Made by a program: the position numbers and the translations under genes. A DNA stretch of 64,000 bases, taken from positions 27,528,001 to 27,592,000 of the forward strand of contig CM120642.1 of assembly GCA_051362555.1 (NCBI GenBank), given 5' to 3'. The notes under the pieces were generated by a model. The model did not search any database and was not told the DNA's origin. It worked only from the letters and a program-made list of their open reading frames with translations. This stretch comes from Lingula anatina (taxonomy: Eukaryota > Animalia > Brachiopoda). Positions 51,834 through 64,000 of the stretch are shown here, one piece after another (within the stretch, counting starts at the first letter, position 1; the number at the start of each line of letters is the position of its first letter).

Positions 51834-54800
51834 TACAATGTAACTTAGGTGGGAGGAGGAGGAGGAGGGGAGGTATTGATTTTCAACATTCAACGTTACA
51901 TTTGACACACGCTCAACTATAGCTGTTGAACCTTGTTTTTTTATCGAGGCTGATGTCAACCAGCAGGATTTTAATTGATGTACAACTCGTAAAAATACCA
52001 TATAATCTAAATTGGCATGATGTCTGTCATTTTAACAAAAATGGCAACTCAGATTAGTGGCATTTTGGACTTCCAAGGGTCCAAATTGAGTCATTTAGAC
52101 ACGTTTTCTTTTCTAATATAACCTTTCATAGAGTCGTATATATGTAAAAAAGGATTGAGAAAGTATTTGTCTATGCCTTAATCTTTATTTTTTTTAACAC
52201 GACTGCTTGGAAAAGCAGGCATATTTCGTCTATTTTCTACCAAAATTTACGGCTTATGACCGTCGTCTCTTAATGAGATTAATTTTAGATATTATTATCG
52301 TAGCCTAGATATGAAGATTCAAGATAGAAGACCATGCGCCGCTAATTGTAGGCTATTTTCTTGAACGCTCTCAGGTCATATTTACAAAGACACCCGGCTC
52401 TCTCATTTCTAAAACCCTAGTAAGATTTAATGGCTTGGGAATAAGCGGGACCGATAGTATTTCAACCATTTCTTAAAGTTTTGTTCTACGTAACTGTTTT
52501 TCCTTCTCTGAATAGCAGAGACATATAAAATTTCAGTATTTTCATTTAATTTTCATACGCTAGTTAACCAGATTAAGACCAGGGAGTTTATGAAAAGCGC
52601 TTTATCGTGAACTCTGACACCTGATGCTTCACAGAAAATTTTCACGGTCTACCGAATATATTTATTTATTTTTAGAAACGGTCTTGCAGGTTTTCAAAAA
52701 ACCCAATTATTATGTGCATTATTCATAATAATTGATACTTCAAAGTTAGCCGTTGAATCAATAGGGATGATATAACGTCTGGGAGATATTTCGTCCAAGG
52801 CTCACCTGAAGAGGGTGTTCACCTTGAAATATTTTTAGGGACACTACAGGTGACAATACACTTAGTCCCCTTTTGCATACCATGTTTATTCGTTTCCATA
52901 AATACCAGGTTGCTACACACCATTCTCTAAAGCCGGCCTGTAAAGAGTATAACAAACGACGCCTTGTTTTGGACGCTATTTTTAGTGAAGTTTACCTTCA
53001 TTTAGAGTGAGCTATTATTCGTTCGGCTGATTAGATTTATAAAGATATACGAGAATAGTATTGTGGGTTTTGTTTGTTTAATATCGCCAATTGCTCATTC
53101 GTTTTTTTCACCCTGTGATCTTTTTCTTCATGAAAAATAACAACACGAGTCCGATATCAAGTGCAAGTTTTTGGACGTCGCTGACGGTGAATTTCACTAT
53201 AAATCAGCTGCATGTGTGCGGAAACGCGCATTTCGTAAAATCTAACTTATTACGGTGCTATTCTCTTTATTTTTAGGTTAACTTCAGTTGGCTAAAATAC
53301 AAGTAAAAAACAACAAGGCCTAAATTCTAGGTGCACGCATTCATATCAGTTTGTTGATAACAAATTGTGTATTTTCTGGCGCGTTGAGTTCGACCAGAGA
53401 TGAGTAAAAACATTATCAAGCCAAGTCAACAAAGGTAAGTAAGACTGGTTTTAATTGCATTTAATATTTGAGTACTATGGCAAAAAAATAATATATAGGT
53501 CCGACGGGCCAGAATTCGGGGGAAGTTAAGATTGTGCGATCCTTTTTTATTTATTTATTTATTATTATTTTTTTTTTTTGCATCAGTCATACTTGGCAAA
53601 TAACGGTGTCTCAGCGCGTGTCAATAGTGTCACAATGATTTACTTTCTCGATGTGACTCTTTTGGCAGTTTTCATAGGACTTTCAAATCTGGGTATTAAA
53701 AAGGAAAAAAGATATTATTTAGAGGTATCAAATTTAAAAAAACTAATGCTGAGTAAAAATTCTTGAAATTTTCTTATTGTACTTTTCGTGCTTGCTTCTT
53801 AAAAAATACCCATTAACGTTGACAACATTGAAATGTTTCTTCTAGAATTCCACAAATGCCACTGAATTTCTAATTTAACGAATTCCATAGATGTAACTGT
53901 TCTTTAATGCATAGCGCACGGTTTATTTACACGCTTAATGAATTGCAGTTGACACTGTCAACAGTTGCATCAACTCGTGTATTACTTTCGCACGAACTGT
54001 TTTTTAATCAGCACTGATGCGGTTATATGTGGTAACATACACACGTAAAAAAAGAAGGGGACTCTTAAAAGGACGTCGATTACCTGATTCAACTGCGGAT
54101 GTATTGTTTCGAGAAACTCCAGCGCATGTGTTAACCCTTTTATAAGTAATGGCAATTCTTGTGCGTGTCTAGATTTTGATGTTGTTTCTTTTCTTAAAAA
54201 TCAACTTCACAATTTTGTTTAATGATCAAAATCACGATATTTTTTCAATAGGAACATGCTTTACTATTAATGACTAGGCGTCCTACTCTGCTGCATTGTG
54301 AATACATTTAAATACCACTGTATATTTTTTCTTAAATGATTTCGCAATCAAACACCCTAGAGTTTACTCGATGAAGGACTATCTCGACAAGGATAAAGTG
54401 CTGAATGTTGATTTAATCCACGTGAGGTACCGTAATAAATGCTTGATTATATATGCACTTTAATTGATGCTCTCAACCCCTGCAGCATGGAGTAGATCTT
54501 CCATATATCTGTTCACGACTACTTGACATTCAGAACAGCACTTAACACTTCGAGTTGGGCTTGTCAATACAACCGTCTTTAAATACCTGTCAGAATTTTA
54601 AGATAACAGGATAAGGAGATGATCAAACTCAGTAAGGACACCCCCCCCCCAACTCCTTGCCGAAGAAGAAAAAAAGTTATGTGAAACTTTTGATCATTTG
54701 AATCTTATTTTAAAATGTCCAAATAGCAGATAGAAAGGAATGTAATTGGACATCCAACACCGACTGGATATATAGTTCCGACAGAGGTGTGAAAATCCAA

Positions 54801-55130
54801 GTATAAATTCACCTTCACTGATACGGAAAATTTGATGTTTGCATAGAAATCAAGACAGACTAATAGGCGCCGATAAATTCTATTTTGCACGTACATCTTG
54901 CCCCGTTTGCCACCCGGCTAAACTGTGTGGGTCAATAATGCTATAACTTCAGGAAAATAATGCAAACTACACCCTTTGTGTGTAGGCAATAGGGCGCAGT
55001 AAATTGATCCCCTGTTCATTGCAGGCAGATAAAATAACACTTTAAGCGAACACAGCGGCCACTATAACTGTTGTATATCAGGGATAGTTGACAATGTTTC
55101 TTAGGGGACACAGGGTGAATTTTCGTGAGT

Positions 55131-55347
55131 TTTTAAGGGAGGTCTCATTCTAGTAGTCGATATTTTAAAGTCTGAAGTTGTCACTTACCTTTGTTTACCT
55201 TTCTACCTCTTGGCGCCATCTTAATGAGAAATTTTCATTAATTTTTAAAGGGAGGTCTCATCTCAGGCGTCGACATTTATATTTTAAGTCTAAAATTGCC
55301 TCTCACCTTTGTTTACTTTTCTGCCTCTTGGCGTTATCTTAATGAGG
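55131..55347. repeat. Imperfect tandem duplication (~100-110 bp unit)
   Basis: AGGGAGGTCTCATTCT...ACCTTTGTTTACYTTTCTRCCTCTTGGCG...ATCTTAATGAG at about 55131-55230 and 55242-55347. Confidence 0.85.
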
Positions 55348-56823
55348 AATGATAACATTAAACAAAATATGTGTTTGAACTTAAACAAGGAAAGTTTAAT
55401 AAGATAACGGTGTCTTTTTCTCACAGGCTATAACTTCAGCTTCCGTTGTTCCCACTTGGTATTTTTAAGAAATAGAAGTTCTGCTCTTTCAGAAAAGGCC
55501 TGCTTTTTCAATGATTATTCACTGCGTGTACTTTATCTTTTATAAATGTTCAAACATACTGATATGAACGTGCCAATAAAATTTAATAGTGAAAATAATC
55601 AAAGACACCGGTGAGCGCATTAGTGCACCCAACTGTATACCCCCAATATCACCGCACGCAGCTTTTAAAAAAACATCTACCCTCCTCCCTTCCCCAAATA
55701 TACCCGTGGCCCACCCGATACAAATATATAGATCTTCAGCGAGCGCGGTGTATTGACACTATACAAGTGCGCTGCCAATGGAAACAGGCGGAAGAATAGG
55801 AAGCAATGACACATTGCCGGCAGTAGGATATTGTTTGAAATTAGGTAATTTTTAATTGTAAGAAAACTCCAAAACTTAATATACATAGAGCCGAAGTTGG
55901 TAATACACTCATGGGAATTTGACTTAAAAGAGAAGGCCTACTACAGGTACTACAGATGAACCAGTAGACTTTAAGGAGTATTCTACGCTTCGACAAACAT
56001 TTGGGTAACGTTGAAGTACCCCGACAACAACAGGTATTCTGTAGACTTTAATGGATTTCAGGGTCAGGTAAGAAAACAGAAATGTGGCCATATGATTTTA
56101 AACGTGCCAAAAAACTAATAACCTGAACATTGGACCTTTGTTGCTTATGTAAGATAAGATGTCACGGCGTCTGATACATGTATCTAATTTAGATTGTGAG
56201 AGGAATTTTGTATGATATCACGAATAGGGCATCAATCTGAGTTCCGTGATAGAATGTCACATTGAACAAAGTCAAGCATGGCATTGAACTGGATGCTGAA
56301 ATTCAGACGCACCCTGTGTTCAGTTGAGTGAGTGGTCTTTTTTTATTCTTTTATCTGTTGTAGAAATTTATACAAGAAGAGAAATGCAGATCTGTCATTT
56401 TCATTAAACCAAAATGTGTAAAATTGCACTGAATAGGAGTACTTTCATCTTTTCTGTAAACGTTTTTAAAATTATGTCTACTACGGTGGTAATTAGGTGG
56501 AGTACATATCGCCACGATTATTTAAATATGCGTTTTAAAAGTGTCTTTCGGTCGATATTTAGTAGTTAGATGGTACGGTAAAATTTTTATACATCTTGTG
56601 CTGTTCTCTTTTATAAATCTGACACGTGCATCTGAACCCCTAATATATTTGACTTGTGAATAATTTTTTCATACATCATATTTTTCATCTCATCTATTCA
56701 AGGTGGATTTGAAACACATTTCACAACGCGTTAGAGGTTTTGAAAAATGCAGCAGTTTCCACAGTATTGGGTTTCTAGCAGTAGCGTTTTATTATTTTAA
56801 AGCGTGGTGAGGTTAAGTGTACG

Positions 56824-56885
56824 TGACGTCAACGCCATAATATTTAACATATTTCAGAAACCTGATTAATGTGACGTGACACGCG
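56824..56885 (+). promoter_or_regulatory. Full CRE and CRE-like sites upstream of the 57842 gene
   Basis: TGACGTCA at 56824-56831; TGACGTGAC at about 56872-56880. Candidate non-coding donors at 53435, 56068 and 57015; acceptor TTTCTTTCAG at 57640. Confidence 0.4.
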
Positions 56886-57841
56886 TCTTATTCTCCTTAA
56901 AAAAAGCTTGGATAAGACTGCTGTGAATGATGTGAAATGTAACGAACCTTGCCAAGGTCGCACTTTGCGCCCAATTAACATTATTTATTGCACAATAATT
57001 TCTCAAACCTTGAAGTAAGACGAAGGCATTTGTTGTTCAACCTGATATTTATATACTAAAATGACGGCCTTGACAATTTATCTTGAATTTCAAATTTGGA
57101 TATTTAACAAGTTCATTGAAACTGTCAATTTTTATGAATGTCTCCAAAATTTAGCTACAGTATATAAAATAGCAGTCATGTCACATCGTTTTTTATCATG
57201 GAATTGGTTATGTTACGAGGTAGATAAAAAGTTTTCTCTCGCAACGGGGTCTTTAATTTAAGCGCTTCGTGCTCTTGGACATGTCTGCACAATATATTTC
57301 ATTTCACGTGATTTCTTTAAAAATTTCATACTTAAATGATTTCTTGACTTTAACATTTGTCACAAGTTCTATTTGTATAAATACTGGGCTATAACTCAAT
57401 GTTCATTTTCACAGCCAAATAGTTCTGAACCCATAATTTTAATTCTATTACTAGAACAACGGCTACGTTCCTTCACAAAGCCCTGTAATTTATCTAGTAG
57501 GGAATTCCAACTTCTGTACATGTATATATTAGCGTTTTTATGAGGAAACCGTAAACCCCTCCAGCTGCTATTCAAACTTAAACCAACTGGGACTTATGTA
57601 TTGCTTTTTCTTAACTAAAAAGCCGTTCATTTTCTTTCAGGCTTAGCAAGTAAAAGTCCAGAATCATTATCACTGTAGAGCTTCACTGAAACGTTGACAT
57701 TACCTCACGTTGCGTCGATTTTCACAAACCGATTAAAACAGAGAGCAAGTGACCTTTGTAAGGGGCAAATATTTAGCAACGTACTCGGAACTTAACCATG
57801 GTCGATTAACCAGCGTCAGGAAGGGAAATGAGAAAGAGAAA

Positions 57842-60800
57842 ATGAAGCGCGCGGAACCCCTTATTACCGTCCGCCAGAACAAGCGCACGTCTTTCAAGAC
57901 GATGTCGCAAATGAGCGGGGACGACATCCAAACCCTAAAGCGGACGAAGAAGAGCGAAATAAGCCACGAGGCCCTATGTTATAACGTGGCCGCCAACAGG
58001 GCGCTTAAAAAGCAACTGAGCCAATGGCATAGAGAACATAACATAATCGTTGGCAATATCAAACGAGGACAGCACTCTGTTTACAAGACGATGCTCAGAG
58101 TGAACATGGACAAGAAACGACTTCAGTATGAAGCGTACAAAAAAGAGCAAGAAAAATACAGGGTTATCATGAGCCAAAACAAAGAAAAGATTAACTTGAT
58201 GGTGCTGGACAAGTTATCTCATTCTGACACATCTGATCCGAAAGGAAAGGGCAGCAAAATCGTTTCTTTGTATACGGAGGCGAAAGGAGTCCCCAGTTCT
58301 TCCACAAAACCCCAAAGTTCAAAAGGACAGAAGGAGCATGAGACCGGTGTGGGTTTAACCCTGAATTTGGCAGACTCAAGAGGGTTTTACCTAAGTACGA
58401 GCCACGGTGCTAATATTGACAGTGACACCGCTCGGTGCAGTAATGCAGAAACAAACACAAATACTGCCTCACCGACCAAACCGACTCCTTGTGCGGTGCG
58501 TGATACCACGAAAATAAACCCATTAAAGATCGAGGACAAGGACGCGGTTTCTGTTCCTAATCACCCCTTCAGCGGTTCAAATGACAACGTAAAAAGCAGC
58601 AGCGATTTTGATGGGAATTCAGACACAGGAAAAAACAGATTTGAACGTAAAACAAAAGTTGTAGAAGTGACTAAGGATTCGACCAAACCTCTCGTAAGAG
58701 AGAAGTCGGAAGGAGAAATCCAAGTGAAAAATAAAACATCTTCCAGCAGACTTAAATTGCCGCCTTTGAATGAAACAGTCACGCACTCTTTACCCAATAA
58801 AGGGACTATCTCAAAACACGATGAAACAGACAGCAAAGCAACAAAACCTGACATTCTCAAAATTGGACAAAAACGCTGTACATTAAAAACTGAGCCTTCC
58901 CTAAGAAAGCTTTCCATAATTGACGAGAGTAATGAATCGTCACTGAATGGCTCGGTGAAAAATTTAAACTTGATTTCCGCAGCCAGCGATACTTCTCCAG
59001 TATTACCTATGTGTGAGCATAGAAAAAACACAAAACAAGTTACTTCGCAGCAAAATGATTTCCAGTTATTAACAAGTCCTTCCTTATCGTTTTCTGATAG
59101 GAAACATTCTGTTAGTTCTACCAGCTCAAATAAGGACAAGAAATTCAGCTTTGTGGAATACAATAAGAGAAAAAGAAAAGAGCGAGAGCGAAAAGTGAAA
59201 GAAGCCTTATCAGGGCTGCCTCCCATATATGTCAAAGACGAACAGGGCAACGTTGTTCCTCATCACTTGGAATTCAGAAGAGCAGAGTTCAAACTACCAA
59301 CAAATGCGAAAAAGAGACAGTTGCAGCAACTTCGTGAGGCCGAGATGTTGCACGGGAATCATATTGGTGATAAACTACACGATTTTCATCAAAAGTATAT
59401 CAAAGAAGGTGAGTTGAATTTATTGAAAAAAATTGAAAATAAGTTGCTTTTCTCTGCTTCGTAAAGATCTGCTTATTAATGGAAGTTATAGAAGGGATGA
59501 AAAACAGGAGGGAGAGTATAAATGAAAAAAAAACCCAGCATGTTAATCTTAATGTGATGTCCTTAAAGCAAGTTTTAAAGTCGATAGGTCGCACTTGATA
59601 CGTAATACTCAAGGCGAATAGAAACCTGTATTCCCTTAAGATATTTGTCTTTTTCTCCGTCGACCACAAAGATCTTATAAAAATAGAACCCGAGAAAGCG
59701 AACAAATATTTGCAAAGAGCGCTTCCAAGCTCGTAAAAGCTTCTTTTTAATTATTCTCTTTTATTCTCAAATAAAAGAAAAAGAAACCAAAGCAAATATA
59801 AATTTTCATCCCCAGGAAGCACGCTTTTGTAAGTGAAGAACATCATGAAAATATGTTGGCGCTTTGAGTGTTAAGCCAGTAATGCTGGCATATTGACATT
59901 GCCGATTACATTGATACTTATGGTAAATAGAACAACCTCATGCTCCTCGCGTGTAAATTTGAACATAATTTGTAGTCCAAATAACTTCAACATTAAAAAG
60001 GTCTCCATAAAATATGTAATATGAAAGTCTTTGTATCGCATCAGATGTGATCAATTGCAATCTGTTGTATTCTTTCTGTCCTCTGGTATGTGAATGATTT
60101 AGTGGAAAACGGATTACGCTGGTAAAATAAAAGATGTCAAATGGTAGTTTAAGTTACAAGTAATCATTTTAATATTACAGATGTATTCTTTTTTTTTAAA
60201 CAATTGTGCAAAAACCAAACAAATTTAATTGTAAACCAGTTGTAAGTACTTCAAAGTGTTTGCAAAATTTACCAATTTTAGAGGTGTAATGTAAAGATTA
60301 AAAAATTAAGTGAAATAAAACACTGAAAACACCAACGCTGGTTAGCTCTATCCCTTCCACGGGAATTCAGAGCTACAGGATAGCGACAAAACCAATCAAG
60401 TGATCAGATATAATTAGGAATCGCACTTACGTTTTATTTGCTAAAAGCACAGCTGCAAACATTTATACGTAGGCCATTCAACACGTTACGACTGAATAGA
60501 GAAATTGAATGATATGAATTACCGGCGATGTTGATTCGGCCGTAAGGAGAATTGATTCAGTAGGATTTGTCGATTAAGAATGCACGAATGAAAAAGGGCA
60601 AATGAAGTATGGAATAAAAGATAGCAATATTCACAACAAAAGATTCACTGAATTTGCTTAGATTTGTTTGACATCGAAAAATTAAAAGTTGGCATGTTTG
60701 CAGAACGCCAATTTCAATCTTACCGATTATCTGTCACGGATATTACTTCTGAGAAGTATCCAATAACATTTAAAGCGGTCATATAAGTAGTGATGTCATT

Positions 60801-61798
60801 TATAAAATAAAACAGGGGATGGTTGTATCAAAATATTATCAAGGCATATCTGAGGACCTTTAACCAAAGTAGAATCGTCGTATCAAAGGGCACCTTGCAC
60901 TCTGGTTTTAGAATTATAAGAGAGACCTGGACGGCAGTAATGTCGACAGGGAAGATTTAATTAAAACGTTAATACACATAATTGTAAATAAACCTAAAAA
61001 CTTGGCACATTATTTAAAAGACAGTTTAAGTCTAAGACAGACAGTCTTATTTAAGGCGGCACATGTGCTGAGTATACCATGAATTATAGTGTTTATTTAA
61101 CTTCCAGCTTTAATATTTATGTATATATATTACTATGATGATTATTTTTTTTTTACTATTTTTATTATTCTCTGTTTCTGATATATTGTAGTATTATATA
61201 GTACGGTGACTTGTAGGCCCATGAGGCCGGGTGAGGCTCTCACATGTCACGTTAATAAATAAATAAATAAATATAGCGATAGGGTAGGTAAGGTACATGA
61301 TATGGGCCTTCAGTGTGGCCCAGAGTAGGGGTGTATGAGTGCCAGTAGTCCTACTTTTTATTTATGATTAACTGGTTTATTTGATGCCGTTTTATTTATT
61401 TATTTATTTATTATTATTATTATTATTTTTTGTAAACTATCTTCAACTACGTATTACTTGTTTGAAATAACTAAAAGAGCGTTTTCAAATCGTGATTTTC
61501 AGACGACATGAGGAAGCAAGCACTCCGAGAAGCAGCAGAACAGAAAAAAATGGAAGAACCCGATCCGTCAAAAACGGAAGTCAAACCAACCAGGATGCTC
61601 GGCCTCGGAGCCGCGTGGAGCACAGCTCTTGCAAATACGACTGCAAAGTTCATGAAGAGTGACCTTGATCCAAATTCCAGCGAAGGGCTTCAACAGTGCG
61701 GTTATCTGAGAAGCTTTGACGTTGATTTAAAGTATGAAATGAAAGCAAAAGGAGAAAGTTACACCAAGAGATCAAGTTGGAAATCGAAAGCGTTGTAA
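57842..61798 (+). CDS. Uncharacterised two-coding-exon protein (~620 aa), CCDC190-like motifs flanking a disordered core
   Basis: First in-frame ATG is 57842 (in-frame TAA at 57734). Donor AAG|GTGAGT at 59408/59409 (phase 1) matches acceptor TTTTCAG at 61502, giving ...KYIKE-D-DMRKQALREAAEQ...LQQCGYLR...KAL*. AATAAA at 62169. Confidence 0.8.
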
Positions 61799-62684
61799 GA
61801 ACCTCTTATGAGTCAAAAGCTTTAAAGCAGTGTCGAAACATTGTGTTTGTCACCTCTGTAGCAATGGGAGATCGTGGCGTCATATCGTGAAGATGTTATT
61901 CCGTCTTCTAGCTTCTGTCGTTTCTTCGCCTAGATTTTTATCCCAAAAAGTGGTGCGAGTAATGATAAACAAGAACAATTTGTAAAGAATGTAACGTTAC
62001 AACTGAAATAATTTTTACTTTATAGTTTTGAGAAAGTGTACTTCTAGGTTTTTACACAAATTTTTAATGCAGATTTTTTCTTAAATCGACCTGAAGGTCC
62101 ATACTTTACATCATGTTTGGTGGTAAGACATTTTCCTTTAAGAGGGTGGCTTGAGCTCAAAGCTAGTTAATAAAGAAACAATTCCTATTATCGATTGGGA
62201 TAAAATTGAGCCATAAATGGCTTTAACTCTAACGCGATCGTCCAATGTAACTAAGAATGGAAGTTACACAAAAACCAAGGTGCACAAATAAAATGATATA
62301 TTTTTAATCTGTGGACTAGCCTCATTTCAATTCCCCACTTTCATAACAGCACTCTTCTTATTTTACATAACAAAGTGATTTAAAACGTCGTTAAGAGTAA
62401 ATGCAAACGACAGGTTTACCATAGGCCTATAACTGACCTTAGTAAGCCAACGACGTCGAAATTAGCCGTGTGAATTTGTCGGTGTCTTTGCAAAATTAAG
62501 CTTAAATATTCAAAACAAATCCACATTTCTGCACAAGCAAAAGTCGTATACAGCTTCAACCGATTCCTCAATAACCGAGTCCTCAGCAATGAAAATACGC
62601 TAGGCGATGCGCGATTTCATTTAATTGCAAATTCACAGCTAACGCTTGATTGTGTTTTCACACCTAACACATTAAGTCGTTGTG

Positions 62685-63977
62685 CTACTCCATGACCGGC
62701 GGTGCCCATACCTGAGACACAGGGGCTGGGAATTCTATGTAAGCTGATCTAGAACTGTATTCATCCACGCTGTCGTAATCCAAAGGTTTAAATGTCATAT
62801 TTGGCACACGCGAATTTTGGATATTTTCTCTCCATTCGTCATCTGGGGTGCCCGGAAGAACGAGAGGAATCTGCTGCATGCGGCGTATGCGAGATGTTTC
62901 CATCATCCGCGATGAGTAATAATCCTTGTGTATATTTGTCTCCATTTCAAGTGATTTAATAGAATCACAAAATCCACGCATTCTCTCCTCCATGTTATCC
63001 CATTTTAGCTGAGAGTCCTTCAAACTGACAATTCTATATGCATTGTCGTTCGTGGAAGGAATTTTGTATCCATGGTTGTGTTTCTTTCCTTTTCTTTTGC
63101 ACAATTTGCTGGATTTGCTCAGATTTTCTCCAGCATCTGATGACGAACCCATTGTACCTGCAAATTGGGTCGTGCATGGGCGGTGGGTGCTTACATTTGG
63201 CAAATCTTCCAAGTCGTCCAATAAATTTCTGTCACTGGGCGAAGCTGAACCTCTCAATTCTCCAAAGGAAATGGAATACGCGCGTTTTTGTTTTGCCGGT
63301 TCTTTTCTAAATTTCTTATTATCGCAGTTTATGGGTGGTAAATCTTGTTTCATTTTCACTTCGGTCGGTTCTAAAACGTCATTAGGTTTTGTGCCGGCCT
63401 TCTCTAAATCGCCGTCCTCGTCGTTTTCTGACACTCCGTCTGGAGTTACAAGCTCGAACGCCGTCGTTGGTCGCAGTTCCACGACTGGTTCTGCAATACT
63501 GACCACGCTCTTCGGTCGTAAAAGGCGCGCAATTTCATCAAAATTAAGGCACGTTTTGTCTCCCAGTGATTTGCTGCGCGCTGGTTTTGATGGATACTCT
63601 GGGAACGCAGGCGTTGGCGGCTGAATTGGAGGCGGTTTCCTGACCGGACCTCCGTCAAGCCCCGGTCCAAACGACCTTGACTTTCTGTTGAGTATCTTCT
63701 TTAACATTAAATCGTTATCTTCTGCATTTCTGCTGCGCTGCTGTTCGTTATTTTGGGCTCGAAGGGCCCTTTCTTGTTCTCTATCCCCCATCATACGCGC
63801 ATACGCAAGGCGCGACAGGGAAAGCTGTCGAAGGAATCGTTTATGTATGACACGCTGCTCTGTGGCAATTTGATTTACGACGTTTTTCTCGGTCTTGTTT
63901 AAAAGCTGAAGAGTCTTCTGCAAGCCCGTCTCTTCTTTCCAATTTGCTGACTGAACCTGAGGAGATCGCTCAGACAT
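62685..63977 (-). CDS. Uncharacterised protein (at least 430 aa), probable paralog of the 57842 gene
   Basis: 1.3-kb stop-free frame from ATG 63977; the frame stays open to the window edge. N-terminal helical motif NWKEETGLQKTLQLLNKTEKNVVNQIATEQRVIHKRFLR followed by a disordered region. Confidence 0.8.
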   Translation of the reverse strand: MSERSPQVQSANWKEETGLQKTLQLLNKTEKNVVNQIATEQRVIHKRFLRQLSLSRLAYARMMGDREQERALRAQNNEQQRSRNAEDNDLMLKKILNRKSRSFGPGLDGGPVRKPPPIQPPTPAFPEYPSKPARSKSLGDKTCLNFDEIARLLRPKSVVSIAEPVVELRPTTAFELVTPDGVSENDEDGDLEKAGTKPNDVLEPTEVKMKQDLPPINCDNKKFRKEPAKQKRAYSISFGELRGSASPSDRNLLDDLEDLPNVSTHRPCTTQFAGTMGSSSDAGENLSKSSKLCKRKGKKHNHGYKIPSTNDNAYRIVSLKDSQLKWDNMEERMRGFCDSIKSLEMETNIHKDYYSSRMMETSRIRRMQQIPLVLPGTPDDEWRENIQNSRVPNMTFKPLDYDSVDEYSSRSAYIEFPAPVSQVWAPPVME

Positions 63978-64000
63978 ATTCAAAAATTCCGGGCGACCAC

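Noticed and set aside
51645-52001. Gly/Pro-rich ORFs
   Set aside because: Translation of G/C homopolymer runs in a transposon end.
60480-60960. Purine-rich intronic stretch that might be a decayed third paralog
   Set aside because: The frames I read carry frequent stops and I could not align the shared motif convincingly.
58561-63624. 229-aa (58561-59250, -) and 193-aa (63043-63624, +) ORFs
   Set aside because: Antisense to real exons; their Phe/Leu/Ser bias is what the complement of Lys/Glu-rich codons produces.
1-64000. Prokaryotic-type systems (CRISPR arrays, operons), rRNA, tRNA, snoRNA
   Set aside because: The sequence is spliceosomal-intron eukaryotic DNA. No repeat-spacer array or recognisable structured RNA was seen; an Infernal/tRNAscan run would be needed to exclude small RNAs.

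Overview
Eukaryotic, AT-rich invertebrate genomic DNA (repeat style suggests a lophotrochozoan, probably a mollusc; inference only). Reconstructing GT-AG introns by hand gives seven genes. (1) A minus-strand gene whose 3.5-kb first coding exon (17722-21204, about 1161 aa, Ser-rich and disordered, family not identifiable) splices into an intron of at least 17.7 kb that runs off the left edge. (2) JADE/PHF17/rhinoceros-type EPL1-PZP chromatin scaffold (minus, 14 coding exons). (3) FAM47E-like (plus, 9 exons), head-to-head with JADE. (4) TMEM165/GDT1 (plus, 7 exons). (5) KCTD3/SHKBP1 BTB-WD40 (minus, only 4 exons). (6-7) Two convergent uncharacterised genes sharing an ungapped 39-aa N-terminal helical motif; one is spliced to a 'LQQCGYLR' tail exon that the ORF track shows as a separate ORF (CCDC190-like by recall). 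Several DNA-transposon derivatives have visible TIRs/TSDs. No CRISPR, rRNA or tRNA was seen. The best leads are the convergent paralog pair, a cluster of five LATS/NDR-type HxRxxS-like motifs in KCTD3, the giant orphan exon, and a hAT-like element with a 6-bp TSD. None is a demonstrated new system.
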